Assembly (NCBI GenBank): GCA_946616795.1
Contig: CAMOJU010000003.1
Span: 758 to 64,757, forward strand
Source of the DNA: an uncultured Lachnospiraceae bacterium
GTDB lineage: Bacteria; Bacillota; Clostridia; Lachnospirales; Lachnospiraceae
Direction: 5' to 3'
Length of the DNA stretch: 64,000 nt
Below, piece after piece: positions 61,965 to 64,000 of the stretch (the first letter of the stretch is position 1; the number at the start of each line of letters is the position of its first letter). The notes beneath the pieces are model-generated. The model was not told the origin of the DNA and did not search any database. It saw only the letters and a program-made list of their open reading frames with translations. The position numbers and the translations under genes were made by a program.

Positions 61965-62615
61965 TTGAGTGATTTCTTTGCCACTGACGGACCTTTCTTT
62001 ACATTCATCATGAAAGCGGGACAGGTCATCATATTAAACGTCATATGCATACTGATGTGCATACCGGTCATAACCATCATACCTGCGCTGTCGGCATTTT
62101 ATTACAGCATGATAAAATCCGTCCGCCGGGAGAGGGGATATGTCCATAAAGAATATTTCAGATCCTTTAAACACGGGTTGAAAAAAGGACTGATACTTTC
62201 ACTTATATACGTTGGATTGGCGGCAGCAGTCATAGTCAATCTCTATATAGTAGACTGGACAAATGTGACATATATCGCCATATACCTGCTGGTGCTGATC
62301 GTCCTGACCATGAGCTTTGTATATATCATACCGGTGCTCAGCCGGTTTAACATGAAGCTAAAGGATATGATAAAGCTGTCGCTGAATATGAGCATAAAGC
62401 ACTTCCCAACAACACTGCTCCTGGTGGCGGGACTGCTTATAACAGCATTTTTGCAGATCAGGGTACTGCCGATGACTGCGATACTGTTTATCCCGGGAGC
62501 CTGGTGCTACATATCGACATACCCGATAGAAAAGGTATTAAAAAAATACATGGAAGAGATAATAAAAGCCGAGGGAAATCCCGGCGGCGATGAAGATACA
62601 TGGTATTTAGAATAA
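61965..62615 (+). CDS. YesL/DUF624 family membrane protein
   Basis: LMCIPVITIIPALSAFYY pattern, four TM helices, sugar-uptake context. Confidence 0.8.
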   Translation: MSDFFATDGPFFTFIMKAGQVIILNVICILMCIPVITIIPALSAFYYSMIKSVRRERGYVHKEYFRSFKHGLKKGLILSLIYVGLAAAVIVNLYIVDWTNVTYIAIYLLVLIVLTMSFVYIIPVLSRFNMKLKDMIKLSLNMSIKHFPTTLLLVAGLLITAFLQIRVLPMTAILFIPGAWCYISTYPIEKVLKKYMEEIIKAEGNPGGDEDTWYLE

Positions 62616-62631
62616 AGGCGCGAGAAAATCA

Positions 62632-64000
62632 ATGAAGAAAAATCAGATCAAAAAAACTCTTAAGAAAACAGTCTCCGTTGTGATGGCGGCAGCAGTACTG
62701 GCTACAGCCCCGTCAGTATCCGTAAAGGCGGAGACAGATCTTACGGTAAGTGATTATGAGAATCTTGTCAGTACGTATTCCGTGGACGATTCGATTCCTT
62801 CATATCAAAATTATGTATCAAAATTTCCCGAGAGCTACAGTCAGGATGAGGTGATTATCACATCATCCGATTTGTCGCGTTATGAAAACGACGGAGTGGC
62901 GTCAGACCCCGAAATATACACTAATTATAAGGGTGTGACAGGTGACAGTATTCTCTCTGATGAAGAGACACTGATGGAATATGACTTTACCGTTGCCACA
63001 TCAGGATTTTATTATTTCGAGCTAGAGTACTATCCCATCGAAGGCAAGACAAGTGAGATAGAGAGAGCATTCTTTATAGACGGCGAGCTGCCCTATGAGG
63101 AGCTGGCTACAGTAGAGTTTAAGCGTATATGGGTAACCGATGTTACGGATACCTATGTTGATTCAAACGGTGTCACCGTGAAAGTCTGGGATATGGACAA
63201 TCAGGGCTTTGAGATAAAGCCTGAGACTGTTGAAGCTCCCGAGTGGGTGACTACATATTTTTACGATTCAAACGGATATATCACCGATCCCCTTGCTGTC
63301 TATCTCGAGGCAGGAAAGCATACGATCACGATGATGTCCCAGAAAGAGCCCATGCTCGTCCATGAACTTCGTTTTGTTGCGGCAGATACAGTAGCTGACT
63401 ACGCTACAGTAAAGGCCTGTCAGGATTCTATGGGCGCAGCTGCGACTACCGGTCAGTCAATTCGTATCGAGGGTGAAAATGCGGTAAAGATGTCTTCACA
63501 GATGCTTTATCCGAGACAGGATCAGTCATCGCCTGCAGTATATCCCTCAAGTCCCAAATATCTCCTTAACAATACAATAGGCGGTACTTCATGGCAGGAT
63601 GCGGGCCAGTGGATCGAGTGGGAGTTTGACGTAGAGGAGACAGGCTACTACAACATCTCCACATTCTGCAAGCAGAATTTTGTCAGAGGTATCGATGTAT
63701 GCCGTAAGATTTACATTGACGGAGAGGTTCCCTTCTCTGAGATGAATGCTTACGGTTTTGGCTATGTCCAGAACTGGCGAGAGGAAATCTTTTCAGATGA
63801 AAACGGCAATGCTTATGAATTTTACCTGGAAAAAGGTCATCATACGATCCGTATGGAAGTGGTCCTCGGTGATATGGCCGGCATCATCGCCGATGTCCAG
63901 GAGACAGTACAGCAACTCAATGAGATATACAGATCTGTAATTTATGTAACGGGTGTATCGCCTGATATCTACAGAGATTATCAGATAGACTCGACTCTGC
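62632..64000 (+). CDS. Large extracellular sugar ABC solute-binding protein (5' part, runs off the window)
   Basis: Open frame from ATG 62632 (MKKNQIKKTLKKTVSVVMAAAVLA...) to the window end. Contains two CBM-like segments (YYPIEGK...IDGELP and NTIGG..W...GQWIEW). Confidence 0.7.
   Translation, partial: MKKNQIKKTLKKTVSVVMAAAVLATAPSVSVKAETDLTVSDYENLVSTYSVDDSIPSYQNYVSKFPESYSQDEVIITSSDLSRYENDGVASDPEIYTNYKGVTGDSILSDEETLMEYDFTVATSGFYYFELEYYPIEGKTSEIERAFFIDGELPYEELATVEFKRIWVTDVTDTYVDSNGVTVKVWDMDNQGFEIKPETVEAPEWVTTYFYDSNGYITDPLAVYLEAGKHTITMMSQKEPMLVHELRFVAADTVADYATVKACQDSMGAAATTGQSIRIEGENAVKMSSQMLYPRQDQSSPAVYPSSPKYLLNNTIGGTSWQDAGQWIEWEFDVEETGYYNISTFCKQNFVRGIDVCRKIYIDGEVPFSEMNAYGFGYVQNWREEIFSDENGNAYEFYLEKGHHTIRMEVVLGDMAGIIADVQETVQQLNEIYRSVIYVTGVSPDIYRDYQIDSTL

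Overview
The window is 64 kb of a Lachnospiraceae-like (Clostridia) chromosome; the taxon is inferred from gene content, not from a search. Left flank (0-9.5 kb): housekeeping genes (Lrp/aminotransferase, trmL, acyltransferase-3) and a pyruvate formate-lyase encoded in pieces. These pieces are a barrel-only PflB, a 73-aa Cys-containing peptide that resembles the start of the radical domain, and a stand-alone glycyl-radical domain. 9.7-19 kb: signalling and accessory genes (EAL phosphodiesterase, PP2C phosphatase, HTH+vWA, aldo/keto reductase). 19-55.6 kb: a surface-protein cluster with four giant secreted proteins. Two (P1 ~4050 aa, P2 2959 aa) are paralogous, have no recognisable anchor and are built from eight capped beta-helix-like modules. 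P3 carries a transglutaminase-like domain and P4 a papain-like protease; both end in cell-wall-binding repeats plus a shared unassigned C-terminal tail. The cluster also has a polytopic membrane LuxR-type regulator, an 80-bp upstream element found twice, and an HTH/HipA-like pair. pflA starts 16 bp after P4, about 46 kb from pflB. Right flank: aroE, aroK and the start of a beta-mannan utilisation locus. No rRNA, tRNA, CRISPR array, transposase, integrase or reverse transcriptase was recognised. The strongest novelty candidates are the three-part PFL with a putative beta-10-mimic peptide, and the LuxR-linked giant surface-protein system.
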